DNA from: Ruditapes philippinarum
Taxonomy: Eukaryota
Assembly: GCF_026571515.1 (NCBI RefSeq)
Contig: NW_026852008.1
Coordinates: forward strand, 682,001-746,000
Reading direction: 5' to 3'
DNA length: 64,000 nucleotides
Part shown: positions 25,662-39,927 of the stretch, piece after piece
Numbering within the stretch: position 1 is the first letter of the stretch
How the letters are laid out: each line of letters begins with the position of its first letter
Translations under genes and position numbers: made by a program
The notes under the pieces: generated by a model
Seen by the model: the letters and a program-made list of their open reading frames with translations, nothing else
The model's database searches: none
Told to the model about the DNA's origin: nothing

Positions 25662-25866
25662 CTACAGATATTTCACAAAAGTAAAAATTGTTAGACGTCC
25701 ATAGTTTATTAGATTTTTGTTTTGTCAAGGTTCGTACTCCAGCTTTATATTGACCATTTATTAAAACACAATATCTCAAATCATAGTGCAATAAGTTGGA
25801 TAAATTACACCTGTATGGCCTGACTTATAGTTACATGTAGCTTGGACATAATTATGTGTACACACA

Positions 25867-26063
25867 CAGTGATTTTACTACTTATATAACAGACTCCGAA
25901 AAAAGGCCTCTTCCCAATTGAAATTTTCTTTAAAATCATGCAGTTTTCCCAAAACTCTGAACTTAAACCAGCTTTTTACTTCCCAAATCAGCAATTTTTG
26001 TGATAATTTTCCCCAAAATCAAAAGGCTAAGGCCTCTTCCCAATAAAGTGAGAAAAAACACTG
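25867..26063. mobile_element. MITE with 5-bp TSD
   Basis: CAGTG...CACTG ends flanked by ACACA/ACACA; internal TTCCCAA motifs shared with 38143-38472. Confidence 0.6.
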
Positions 26064-28104
26064 ACACAATTGACAAACATGCAGGCTGAGAGAAACTTTT
26101 GGTGCCTTGGATTGAAGTGGAAGGGAATCGGGGTGCAGAACGTTCAAACGCTCAATTGATTTAAGCTCTGTGAATTTAGTAATTTGCTTGTTTTTTTTTC
26201 ATTTTTTGCAATCTCAAGTTCATATAATCATTAATCATAGACTTAGATTGTGGTAGGTTTACATGGTTAAAAAGAAGCTAACTTGAAACTACCAACACAG
26301 GTCATTTTGCCCATTAAACTATATAGATTATTTAAAATTAACTAGTATCACCTTATATATTTTTGTTCTGTCTTTGTTACTACAGGGATTTACTTCAGAT
26401 TAAAATATTTGTTCCTTCACTTCGCATCACTTACATCAGTTATCCTCACCATCATTATTTATGATAAGAATCACAACTCTAACATGTTCACTTCAAGAAT
26501 ATACTCTGCAAAAGATTTTAAATGCTTATGTATGTTTTTTGTTTCAGATAAGTTCATTGATGTGATCTGCTTCTTTTCGATTTTCAAGGATCCCTGGCAC
26601 TTCTGTCGTCCATCCCAGCAGAACAAATCACAATGAATGCTGATGATTATTTCCTAGGATTTTAGAGTAGAATTATATTACCAGAAAAAAATGTTTCATA
26701 ATAACTTTGTGATATATTAGATTGAAGTTTGAAAGATATATTAATATACAATTATTTTAATTCAGTTTTTTTTTTTCGGACTTGAGCTTGAAGAACAAAT
26801 ACATATCAGGAAAATAAACTGTTACTAAGATAGATGTTTCTTTAATATCAAAAAATATATTTAAATGATCAAATTAAACAATACCTCAAGCAAAATACAA
26901 TTTGTTTTGATTAGTTGTGTGTATGGTTACTATGGTACTATCAGTATCAAAGGGTAAACTGCAACATTTTGACATTGTCTTTCTAAAACTAAAAATTTTA
27001 TGATTATAACAGTTTAAATCACACTTTCTTATTTTGTTCAGAATTTTGTTTTCTATCTTTAGCTTTTTTTCTCTCATGAGAATGACATATCATACTGCTC
27101 ATAAGCTAGCTACTATTTAAGAATATGCTTTAAGTTAGTGCTTAATATTTTCGTTGGAAACTTGGGAGATTATTTTATGACAACAGCTGAAGTGTTTACC
27201 TCATTAATTCAATGTTAACTATTTTCTGTAACATATGAACTGTATGTTATTTATTAATTTATAATTATATTTGTTTGTAATATCAATCAGGATAATAAAA
27301 GAAGATAACCGAATGAATTAATTAGAAAAATATTTTTTTGTTTGTCAAGGCATTTTGGTAAATTGAATTTATTTCTTTAATTTTAAGGTAACAATGTGGT
27401 TTGTAGTTAAACAATTAATTTTGCTAAGTATAGCCTGTTAAAAACTTAAATCATGTATTGCAAAATGTTAGCTTGTATGACTTTTTTTTGATGGAAGCCT
27501 CATTCTTTTTTTCTTATATTTATTATATATTATATACACACTTTATTTATCATTTATTAAAAAAAATATTTGAAATATAGTTCCCTAAAATGTATTTTTG
27601 TTTTTTCTTAAATCCTGAATCTTTTGTAATTGGCACAATAAAAACAACCCTTCTCCCCATTTGGAGCTGTGACCCCTTTTCCAGACTACATAGAGATGTT
27701 GTGAATGATAGAAACATTTTACTGTAGATTGTAGCCTCACCTGTACCCAAATTTGGGTATATAGAAATACATGTAATCCACTGAATTATTATTAATCCTT
27801 TGAAATATCTCGTTTCAAGCTTTGATATGGAAACTAACCATGAAAGCTACAATATTTTTGTATCACATTCACAATAGTGTTTTATTTCAAGTTTGCATTG
27901 ATATAAATATTGATAATGTTTAAATTTTCAAGTGGCTTTTCTAGTATAGATGTACCATTTACACTAAATTCTGGCTACCTCTCTGGCTTTGAGTAACTTG
28001 CCCTCTGTCTTAGGAAAATAAAAATTTAATTACAGGTCTATGTAACGATGCAACATACCAATATATCTGATCCTTTAGCCTTGTAGTATTGAGCAAGAAT
28101 TTAT

Positions 28105-31100
28105 TTTTAGCTCACCTGAGCTTTTGTGATTGCATAATGTTGGTTGTGTGTGTTGTCTATTGTGCATTGTTATCCACAATGTCTACATTCCTCCTATATT
28201 ATGAGGTAGATTTTTACCAAACTTCACAGAAATATTTTCTGGATGGCCTTCTACAAATATTACATAAATGGTTCCAGTTTGATGCAGAAGTAGGTCCCAG
28301 GAGCTAAAAATATACTTAAAAGTGAAATCTTTAAAAAAAAACCCTGTTTGATGGACAAAATTAACATTTTTTTACTGATTTTGCATTAGTTATGTGTAAG
28401 AGAAAAGGAAGACCCCTTATATCCAAGAGTCTAGGAAATGCAAGTTGTTTTCCAAATTTTTCACTGACCAGGCAATGAAACTCTTTTAAATTTTAGCACA
28501 ATGAGGTCAGTCCGTCCAAGCTGATGCCTTCTCACATCATAAATGGTCATTCCTATCTCAAAACATTGCTAAATCAAACTATGCAAAATTAAGAATTCCA
28601 TCCATTTTATACTTTCACAAAATCATATGTACGTGAAGTTAGTAGTAACAGCACTGAGCAGTATTGCTGCTATTTTCAATTTTTGGCATGCTTAAATTTT
28701 TTTTTTTAAATAACTTGGCACAAGAAAGGTCAAATGTTAAAAAGTCATTTCATAATAAAAAGTCTACATTTCGTGTCCGCTCCATAACTTTTAAACCGCT
28801 GAAAATATTTTGAAATAACTTGGCACAAGTGATCACACTAATAAGACGATGTGCAGAGCGCATTAATTGGGTTGCCACCCCCAAGGTCAAGGTCATACTC
28901 AAAGGTCAAATGTGAAAAGGTCTTCATTTCATATTAAAAGTCTACATTTCGTGACCTCACCGTAACTTTTTAACTGCAGAATTTGTTTTTGAAATAACTT
29001 GTCACAACTGATCACCATTATAAGACGACTACAGAGCGCAATAATTGGCTTGCTACCGAAAAGGTCAAGGTCACACTTGTTAAATGTTAAAAAGTCTACA
29101 TTTCGTGTCTGCTCCATTACTTTTTAACCGCTGAAGTTTTTAAAAAATAACTTGGCACAATTGATCACCATTTTAAGAACATGTGCAGAGTGCAAATATT
29201 GGGTTGCCATTCCCAAGGTCAAGGTCACATTTAAAGGTCAAATGCATAAAAATCTACATTTTATGTCTCCTCCATAACTTTTAAACAGCTTGGCACAAGT
29301 GATCACCATTATGAGACAATGTGCAGAGCGCAATAATTGAATTGCTACACCCAAGGTCAAGGTCACACTTACAGGTCAAATATTGAAAAGTCTATATTTC
29401 ATTTCTGTCCATAACATTTTAACCACTGCAATGATTTTAAAATAACTTGGCAGAAATGATGACCATTATCACACCATAGGCAGAGCACAATAATAAAGTC
29501 ACAACCCTGAAGGTCAGGGTCACACTCAAAGGTCCAATGTAAAAAACATCTATTTTTTATGTCCACTCTATAAATTATTGACAATTCAAAGGTTTTAAAA
29601 TTACTTGGCACAAATGATCACCACCATGACACAATCTGCAGAGTTCAACATCCAGGTTGCTACCCCCAAGGTCAAGGTTATATGTTCTCCATAACATTTT
29701 TGTGCCCCACTATGGGGGGGGGGGGCATTTAGATTTACTCTTGTCTGTCCATCCGTTCTCTTTTTGTGTCGCATGTAGCTCAAAAAGTAATTGACCTAGA
29801 GTTATGAAATCTTACAGGAATGTTGATCAGCATGTGTAGTTGTGCACCTGGGTATTTTCATGGGGATATATTTTGTATTTTTAAAGTTATTGCCCTTGAG
29901 TTAGTAAAAATTTGCAATTTTCAACTTGTGTCACATAACTCAAAAAACATTTGACCTAGAGTCATGAAACCTTACAGGAATATTGATCAGCATGTGTAGT
30001 TGTGCACCTGGGTATTTTTTTTGTGGATATATTTAGTGTTTGTAGAGTCATTGCCCTTGATTTAGTAAAAATTTCCAATTTTCAACTTGTGTCGCACGTA
30101 ACTAAAAAAGTATTTGACCTAGAGTCATGAAACCTTACAGGAATGTTGCTCAGCATGTGTAATTGTGCACCTGGGTTTTTTTGTGTGGATATATTTAGTG
30201 TTTTGTAGAGTTATTGTCCTTGATTTAGTAAAAATTTACAATATTTAACTTGTGTTGCACGTAACTAAAAAAGTATTTGACCTGTAGGCCTGAAAGTTTA
30301 CAAGAATGTTGGTCAGCATGTGTACTTATGCACCTTGGGTTTTTCTTGTGGATTTATTCAGTATTTGTAGTATTTGCCCTTTACTTGATAAAAGATTTTT
30401 AGTTTTCAACTTGGGCACATGTAGCCAAAAATAAATATTTGACCTAGAGACATAAGATTGACAAATTGGTGGAGTGTAGGGGCACCCGTGTCCTATAGAC
30501 ACATTTTTAGTTTACTTTATGGAAGATTCTAAAAAACATGGCACAAATAATCACCATCATGAGGCTATGCGTTTATGATATGCATGGCATAACATCATAG
30601 TCGTAGCTGGTAAAAGGTCAAGAAAAAATACACATTCATTATCACTGTGGAAGGGGATTTAGCTGTCCTTCAGACTGCCTTGTGTAAATAATTATGTCTT
30701 CCTTCTTTACCTATATAATGTGACTTCCAATTGCAATGTCTTGACATTTTTCAGTCTCTGACTTCCAAATTTTGGAACTTTTCACAAATATTCTCAGACA
30801 AAACCATAGTGCCCCCTCTTAGGAATTTGGAATGAAGCATTAGTTTGTGGTCATCTACAGAAGCATTATAAACCATGGCCCTTGGGTCAAAGTTGGCCCA
30901 TTATGGGGGTCACATTAGTTTACATTAACTGATGGAAACAACCTTGTCTTGTGTGAAACTAAAATACCGCTTGGATCAAAATTGGCCCATAAAATTATAT
31001 ATATATTATGCTCTTAGGGTCACAATTGACCCTTCACCAGTGTTACTTAGTTTTACTCTCCTGTGCACTATCACTCACTTTCTAGCGTGAGTATATTCAC

Positions 31101-31318
31101 TGAGCTGCAAGGGAGCGTAACTTTATAAAGACATTTACAGAAAAATGCATTAAAACTCTTCTGCTGCTTAAAATTTAGATATTCCTCGTGGAGACCTCTA
31201 TGAAATTGTGCTGTTTGGTGGGGAAAATGATGTGTCCGAATGTAACCCAATTACTTCATGTATTGAAGAATTTGGACCATAGCAATCTCAGATATGATTT
31301 ATCATGGCCCTCTTGTTC
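28105..31318 (+). mobile_element. Three-level nest of decayed HINE-like elements
   Basis: Outer element TTTTAGCTCACCTG ... CATGGCCCTCTTGTT; middle array ~28700-29690 resuming at ~30538 and ending ~30683; inner element 29698-30511 with its own ~165-bp array. Confidence 0.6.
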
Positions 31319-33749
31319 CCTATATTATTTAAATAAATGGAGCATGCATTTAATATTCGTTTGTCTGATAAAATGTAGTCCAGACAAAATATTCAAAAAG
31401 AATTTCCTGTGAAATAAGAACAATAACTGCATTTAATTGCAAACACATGCCAATCTCGTGATAGATATGGAACCTTAGAAGCTTTGATGAATTTCAGTTT
31501 GTCATTGTTAGTAACAGTTTGGCCAAAAAGACACAGGTGTAAAAAACTGCAAGTCTGTGAGAGTTCAATTAAGAGAAAGTATGTTACTTATATGTACATG
31601 TATAAACCTTATTAGTGATGCATCCTATGAGGTTTTGATGAATATGTCAAAGGTTTCTGTTAAAGCCAAGACAAATGCAGGACTGAAGAAGTGACTATAT
31701 GCATTTTATTGCAAAGCAGTGTAAATATCAATATTTTTGTTTGGTTATATTGTGATACACTGACCTACATGTAGCTTCACAGCAATTATGTACATAATTA
31801 ATGGCACTAATGTATTGTGTATATTGGGATAGAGCAATAGAGCAACCATCCTTCTGTAAGGTAGATGCATATAAGTTCACTTGCACCATAAAATCTCCAG
31901 CAGTACAGTACAAGTAATATGGTAATAAGATAAAAGTGTTCATAGTCATCAAACTAAACTACTCTTTTTTTTTACAACAACGAGGAATTATCTATAACCA
32001 TACATGTATCATACAAAACAGAACTGAACCTTTCATGGTATATTTTATTCATACATAAATTATAATTTATTGCACAATGGAATGTTTACAGTATTTATCA
32101 ATGTAAATGTAACACATATATACAGAACATCAACACCCTAACAAACTCATCATTTCACTTTCATTTAACCATATTACCTTAATATACACTCCATACATCT
32201 GTGTAAATTCATACATCTGTGTACATGTACTCAAAACACTTACTTATACACATGTGTACATTGCTGCTAAATTGTACATTAGAATGTTAGTAGCACTAAA
32301 ATAAAAACACCTTCTACACAGTTGTGTACATCAACTATCATTAATTTTAAATTAAAACCATACAGTGTCAAATACTAGCAGTAAAATCAATTTAAAACAT
32401 ATTTGAACTTGTGCACCTATTGTTTACTCATTATAAATAGGTCTCCATGGCAAATATATGAAAACAAGCAAAACAAAATGAATTTTATCTTATAAAATGA
32501 ATTGTGAATACAATGTTGTACATCATACAAAAAATATTTAGATACATGTACATGCAGTATGTAGAAAATTCAACAAATCTGTTGACCTCGTTTCACTGTG
32601 TATATCAAGTACAAATGTACATATCCTTGCTTTACCAGTAATCAATAACAGAACCAGTACTATTATTTAATTATCTTCTCATACAGTTTTATAACGATTT
32701 CTACAAGATTATTGAGCTATAGCTTAACAGAAAGAGCTTAGAATCCTGCAACATTGTTTCCTACTACACTATGAAGTTCCCATTCCCTATCATAGGTCTT
32801 TATCAATATTATCTCGAAGAAATTTCTCGTGGTTGCGCAGGCACTGGTATGTACACTTTATAACTTCATTTACATGTTTATAACTATATCACTATAGGGT
32901 TCCAAATGAAATAGGCAATACTGCAAAATCACAATAACATACACCCAATGCTAAAATCATTCAAGTTTTAAAGGTAACTGAAAACAGTTATAATGTAGCC
33001 AACAATGTCAGTAAATATTCAAGTTTCAAAGTGTATTCGTATTAAGGCCTCTGGCCTATATTCAACATTTGTACAGCATGTAACAGAAACATATTGAGTG
33101 GTTACAAAAAGATGCAATCATTGTCACACATACATGTATATAATACAGTTCTAATACAGATGAAAGTACTTTTGCTTACAGTTGATTATTAAAAACACAA
33201 AAAAATTATCACACACAATAATCAATATAACTTTGATGGTTATGTCCTATATTAATTTAATTTCTGATCGTTATCTTAGCAAAGTCTTTTAGAAAACATG
33301 GATGTACTTTAATGGTACTATAAGAAAACTACATATGACATAAAAACATGAAGTTAAGCATTCTTAAACTGTTAACTTTGAAAAGTATTATCAACACTTA
33401 AGTCTTTGGTTGATAAAGTTAGCATGCTTTCGGTCTGAGGAAAAATTGGAACGCCTTTATGTACAGAAAGTGGCCACATGCTAATCAGTCTATTTATAGG
33501 ATTATCATAAGTCATTCCCCAGGTGTTGATATTATCAAAAACACAAATGAGTATGAAATAGCGTGTATGTTATGAATAAGCTAAAAATATCAATGCCTGA
33601 ATCCCAGGCTACATGTACATGTATATATTGACATAAAATTATTAGAATTGAAAACACATCTTAAATGTTTGCTCTAACTTATTAATCACAACAATTTAAC
33701 ACATAACAACATTAGTTCGATTTAATTATTCCAAACAATATGCTTCATG

Positions 33750-36700
33750 CTAAGTTTGGGTATTTTGTTTCTTCTGTGAAGGTTTGGCAACTTTTGCTGT
33801 TAACATTCTTTCTCTTTCTTGTTCCTTTTCAATCTGAACAGCACGTCTTAATTCTTCTCTCTGTTTTTCTTGCTGTAATTTCACAGCCCTTCGCTGAAAT
33901 TAGTGAATATTTAGTTAACAAGAAGATTATTGAGAAGAAAAATTTATGGAAGTATTTAATTTTAGTGTTAAATATAAGCATTATGTTGAGTTCAGATGAC
34001 CTCTCATAACAATTTATGGACAAAAATCACCCAAAGTCAAAATCAGTTCATATTCTAGCTTGCAAATAAACATAAAATTGTGGAAATATGAATAAGCTGA
34101 AGTATATTCAACACAGTTATATTTCATATAATGTGTTTGCCATCACACTTTTTTTTAAATTGTCAACATTCTTTCCTTCAAATTGTTTGTATAACAGCAA
34201 TCAATCTATTGTAGAAGTTTTCACTAGTCATGCAGATTCTTCATTTCATACAAGGAGCTAGAAATTTAATGGTCACTTATGAAATTTATTTTTCCTTTAG
34301 TCTGAATATTTGTACATACTATTCAGCAAATTTGTTCTACAATTATGCATACAATATAAAGGAACTGACAGTAACCCCTTGGATTACTTCATTCATACTT
34401 AGTACTTACCTTTAATTTTGTAGATTTATCCATTAGTCCATTCATTTCCCGTTTCAAATTCACTAATTTCATGTGGTAGTGTTTTGCTTCCTGCATCTAT
34501 AGTAAGAAATACATCTGAATTATAGGTTGATAAATTTGTTATGGTACTGATAAAGTGATCTTTTAAAACTCTATAGTGAAAATAATGGCTTGCCTCTGCT
34601 ACCAGTTTCCACAAAGTTTGATCTGTCACTTTTACTATTGACTGATCAATTTAAATATATTGTTACTGATATTTGTTCACCTGCTTAATTTCATAAAGTT
34701 TAACGAAGATGTTCCATTTTTGGAACTGTGATAGTTAATATTGGGGAATATAAAGAGAAAATTTAAAAGAAGTTGGCAAATTGAGTCTGGTCTCAGTCCG
34801 TCTGTACAGGCTGTCCTGGCTCTATACAATTTCAAAATGGAAAAAAAAACAATGTAAAATTTAATTTTTACTTAGACAAATACAAACAAGACAAAACATA
34901 TCAGCAAGAGGTTTTCATTAAATCTTGATGCAATTATCATGTTAATTCTATTTCGTTTAGTCTTATTATTTAACCTTTTATCTTTTCAGAGGAGCATTTG
35001 AAACTAAAAGCTCTAATTACATTCTTCTCAAGGACATTACTTTGTATCATATTAATATCAGTTTGTTTCAGTACCATTAGACAGTAACCTAACAATTATT
35101 CCTTCGTTCTGTATTGTACATAATGTTTGGCAGATTTTGTTCTGCTTCTCCACATAATATCTGAAGGTAAAAGGCTTGTGATGAGACAAATTATTAGAAC
35201 AAATGGTTTGATAAAAACATTGTGCTTTCTTAGAATACAGGACCAATAAAATTGACATGGATTTATTTACCTTTCCAGTTTACAGGTCAATCTGTGTTAA
35301 GTCAAGATAAAATTCCATATTTAGAATCAATGTTACACGAGGTAAGCCATGTGCATTAATATCGCTTAACAGTGGAAGCAATCAAGCTACATGTATGATA
35401 CGTAAGAAAAGAGCTTCAGACACCCAAAGGACATTCCTGATATGTTTTTTCAGGCTTTCTTTCTAAATTATTTGAGAGAGAATTTTTCCTAGGGAACTGT
35501 TGTTTTTATCATGTTGGAAAGAAGCTTGATCATTTCATGAAGTATAATGGTTTATAAGAAATAGCACGAAACGAATTACTTAAAATAGCTGAGTGGCCTG
35601 TAATTTGCTGCAGGGTAATTGACATGGCTTACATGTCACTTCAAACCCTGTCTGGGTAGTTACATTCAAAGAAAGAATGCACATACAACAAACTGATGGA
35701 CAAACAACAAATATTTAAAGCTTATATCATGATTCAGAACTATTCACTATTTACCAGATAGTGTGTAGGCTGCCTGATAGCTTAGTCAGTAGAGTCGCGG
35801 TATGGTATTCTGAGGGTCCTGGGTTCAAGTCCTAATCAGGCTGCACATTTTTCTCACCCTGTGAAACTTGCTTGTATGAACTATAACTGGGTAACAGGAT
35901 AATATAATAAACTTACCGTATCAATAAGTTTTTTCATACAGTCAGAATCTGTGAACTTGGAGTTCTCTTGTTGTACAGTCTCTATTAGTACTTCTTGGTT
36001 ATGTCTAAAATTTATACAATGGAAAACATTTCATGAATACTTATTTTGTCGAAGACATAAAATAGGTTTCAATCTTCAAGAAAAAAAAAAACTAGTGCCT
36101 GACACACTGATGTCTTGTACTAATAATTATAACAATTTAAATCCTGTTACCTGGCATAAGGATCTGTACAGCAGTTTTATGGATACAATACTATGTGGTC
36201 AGTGTAACATCAAATCTCAAAAGCATATCCTAATCTTTTACTTTAAGGCAATATTCACTAGTCAAAAATATGGAAATGACCTTCAGCCATTAGAGCAAAA
36301 AAATGTACATTTTTGCTTGTTTGTTTAATTGGGTTTTACATCACACCAACACATTATATAACATATGGTGACGTTCAAGCTTTACTGGCGGAGGAAGACC
36401 TCAGGTACCCTTTTGTGCATTATTTCAGTTACAAATGGGCACCTGAATAGAACCACCGACGTTCCGTAAACTACCTGGATAGCTTCCTCACATGAAAGAA
36501 TCCAAAGTCCCTGTTGGGATTCGAACCCACAGCAGTGAGGGGTAAGTGGTTTGAAGTCAACGACCTTAACCACTCGGCCACAGATGCCCCAAATATACAT
36601 GTAATAAGTGTCACAATACACATAAAAGAAGTTAATTATACAAAATTTATTTTGGGATAATCTACAGGCCTGTTTTACCATATGTCTTTATTATAAATTT

Positions 36701-38849
36701 TGTACCTTTGAATTAAAACAGTAATAATGAGTTATTTATCATCCTTATACATCATTTAACACTTTAAAAAACTTGTAATACTAATACCCTTATGATATCA
36801 AGACTATATGATACTTACAGGACTTCATTGAGAGATGATTTTGCTTTCTGTAGGTTAGGTAAGAACATTTCTAACACACCAAGAGTGAATTTCTCTATCA
36901 CTGCAGGATCTACCTCCACTTCATCTGACTGTTGTACTTCATCTACAATATGTTAGAAGTAATCATAAATGATCTCCAATCAACGTAAACAGAAATGCGT
37001 ATTTTATGTAAAATCTATCAACATGCTGCTTTGCATGCTTGTTTAGGTCACAAATACAACATACTTAAAGAATGTGTGTTTCTTTGATATCATTTTCTCA
37101 CTAACTTCTGAAAATCAAAATCAGTGTTCAAGAGAGCCACTTTACACAAAATTAGAGATATTTTTTCTACATTACTTTCTTAATATGTGATTTTTTTTTT
37201 ACACAAGCCCAAATACCTTGAATGCTAGCATATTTTTCCAAATTGGCAAATTTTGCGATAACTTTTTTTTCCCTTTGATGGAAAATTATGTATCTGTATC
37301 AGTATATCAATACCTAGTACTGTGGGGAAAAATATGAGATATTTACAAAAGACAGGTAGAAATAGGTTTTAACCTGACTCAATATTCTAAATTTCAATTT
37401 GATATTGGATGAAATGCTAATTATTGATAACATGCATAGTTAGGGTGAAAATGTTAGTTTTAGAGTGTAAACAATGTTTTTCCACATTTGGGCTGTGTGA
37501 CCAGATGACCCATATTCGAACTTGACCTAGAAACAAACTTTCGCACAAATTTTCAGGATATTTGAGGTGAAAATTTTTTCTCTAGTGTGTTATCAAGATT
37601 TTCCATATTTGGGCCGTGTGACCTAGTTTTTGAATACAGGTGACCCATATTCAAACTCGAGCTTGAAATCTTCAAAACAATATTCTTTCTCTTTTTTTAT
37701 TTTTGGCTCCTGTGGAGTGTTAATGTACTAAATGTGGACAGACAACATACAACAGGCGACAGACATTCAACAATCCTAAAAGCTCACCTTGAGCCAGCTC
37801 AAGCGAGCTTAAAATAAATAAATGTAAATTTGACAATAGTCTGTATCATCAGGACGTTTGGAAGACAAATCTCAAATGCTTGGATGATACAGACTACCTT
37901 TGGCTTTTGATCATTTATTGTATACATATTCTCAAATATATATACAAACGTCCAATAACTCTGATTTTCTTTTTTGCAGAATTATGCCCCCTAATTACTC
38001 GGAAATTTTTGTTTAAGTTTGTGTGTATGTAAGCTGGTATCTTAATGACCACTGAAGAGAATGGATTGAAACTTCACACACTTGAATTATATATCTTATC
38101 AGGAAACCTTTTAAACTTGTTTCAATATTGTATGACAACTGTCAGGGCCAAAAAACCCTTCTTTGTAGAGGCCTAATATAGTCTACTTCCCCAACCAAAC
38201 TTGCCTCTTTTTTTCCCCAGTTTGGTCCTCAAAATTCCCCAGTCTTTTGAAATTTCCCATAGATTTAGAACAAAATTAAATAAAGGTGTTGAATTAAGGT
38301 CTTTTACTGCCTTATAAGTATTTCCCAGTGCTTTTTGCTTTTCTATTTTGAAGAACTTGTTAAAAGTGTGGTTAAATTTGAGACCCCTTTTCCCAAAGTA
38401 TGCCAAAATCATGCATATTTTACCCAAGAAAAAGGCTGAGGCCCATTCCCCAAAAATGGTGTTTTGGCCCTGACTGTATAAATCTATTCAGTATACTGGT
38501 ATTATACTGAATACTACACTGGTATACCTACCAATTATTTTCTTGATTTCAGAAAATAAGAGTATAAAATAATTTATATAATAGCAATTTTTAACTTGGG
38601 AATTCATTTTTTTGAAAATATTTTGATCATTAATCAGGTAGACTACTTTACATCAAAAGTTTTATTTTGTCTCAGAATTTTGTATTTATTACCAATACCT
38701 GTACTATCAGTGCTTTTTTCTAATTTAGATCCAGAAGCTGCATCTGTATCCTCTGTATTTTCTGGCACATTTTCAGCTTGTTGTTCCTCTTTCTCGGTGT
38801 TGCTACATGTAGCTTTAGTTGTGGGCTCTTCAGATACTTGCTCTTCCAT
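33750..38849 (-). CDS. BLOC1S6: Pallidin, BLOC-1 subunit 6
   Basis: Phase-consistent exons 38849-38699 (or 38693), 36942-36819, 36004-35917, 34496-34410, 33893-33750. Protein: ..FLPNLQKAKSSLNEVLHNQEVLIETVQQENSKF..MQEAKHYHMKLVNLKREMNGLMDKSTKLKRRAVKLQQEKQREEL..ERERMLTAKVAK, collinear with pallidin. Most exons are absent from the ORF track. Confidence 0.93.
35767..35865 (+). mobile_element. Short tRNA-like SINE head
   Basis: GATAGCTTAGTCAGTAGAG A-box and GGGTTCAAGTCC B-box; the anticodon arm is not canonical. Confidence 0.5.
36312..36590 (-). mobile_element. tRNA-derived SINE, near full length
   Basis: On the minus strand GTGGCCGAGTGGTTAAGG (A-box), GGTTCGAATCCC (B-box), a unique body and a (CAAA)n tail. 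Confidence 0.8.
37430..37812 (-). mobile_element. Decayed copy of the HINE family at 1-1311
   Basis: Shares GATGACCCATATTCGAACTTGACCTAG units and the AGCTCACCTTGAGC..GCTCAAGCGAGCT terminal hairpin. Confidence 0.7.
38143..38472. mobile_element. MITE with 5-bp TSD (hAT5-like)
   Basis: CAGGGCCAAAA ... TTTTGGCCCTG flanked by ACTGT at 38138-38142 and 38473-38477. Confidence 0.75.
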
Positions 38850-39046
38850 CTGAATAAAAACTTAACATTGAAACTCAACAGTTAGGGTATTACAACAACA
38901 CAATATAAAATCTGTAATAAAAGGTTGTAATGAAAGCAAATATAACAATTTGCCGTACAAATTTTCACCTCAAGGATGCGAATGTGGATTTTTCTTTATT
39001 TATTTGTTATTTTGCTCTTGCAAATACATATTGAGAGGATGGCATC

Positions 39047-39927
39047 TGAAACTGAAACTGTTTTATTTAATTAAACGCCTATTTCTATATACATATTCAA
39101 TGGCGTTGTACAAAAGGATAATAAAAGTATGTACATATAGATAAAAAATCACATATGCATGACAAATTAACTACAAAAAAATAAGTAAAAGAAATCAGCC
39201 GTGTAAAATATAAAGTATAAAAAGAATAATTATAAAAAATAATAATAAAAAATAATTTAAAAGAAAATAAAAATTAATGGTTATTTCAGTAAAATTTTAA
39301 ACACATTTCCACATCTTGATCAGTTTACAGCCCAATCACAATCTTAAAACAATGCATAAAAATCTCTAAAATAGTAGGTTTTGACATTTTTCTTGAACAT
39401 GTCCAAAGTCGAAGACTGTCTTATATACAGAGGCAATTTATTCCAGAGAGTTGGACCAACGGTACTAAAACTTCTGTCGTTAAATGTTTTCCTTTTGTTA
39501 AAGGGGACAGCAAATCAATAATCCATATTATCAACAGATCTGAGATTTGGTCTTTTTATGACAGGTTTGTGTAACAGTTCTGTTAGATAAACCGGAGCAT
39601 TGCCCATAAAACAGTTATACATTGTACATAGTATTTTAAAATTGATTCTAGCTTTAATTGGTAACCAATGCAGTTCAAACAAAGAGTCTTTGGAACTGTC
39701 ATATTTTCCGCGTTGCAAAACAAGTTTAGCGCACATATTCTGGACAGCTGTAATTTCTGTAACTCACTTTCTGAAATGCCAAACAATATAGCGTTGCAAT
39801 AATCCAAATGTGAGATTACAAGCGACAATAATAGGATTTTTGTGGCGTCCTGAGTCAGATATTTGCGAATGCTCTTTATTCTCAAATAATTTAACATGGC
39901 AGTTCTACACTTGGTCTTAACATGTGT
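39047..39927 (-). mobile_element. 5'-truncated L2/CR1-group LINE (ORF2 C-terminus and 3' UTR)
   Basis: IRKYLT..LVISHLDYCNAIL..LQ..QNMCAKLV..LHWLPIKARINFKI..APVYL..RSFS..GPTLWNKLP, with a frameshift and a stop; (CAGTTT)n tail. Confidence 0.85.

Noticed and set aside
35767-36590. Functional tRNA genes (also ~2004 and ~15464)
   Set aside because: A and B boxes are present, but the cloverleaf stems are broken and SINE-like bodies follow.
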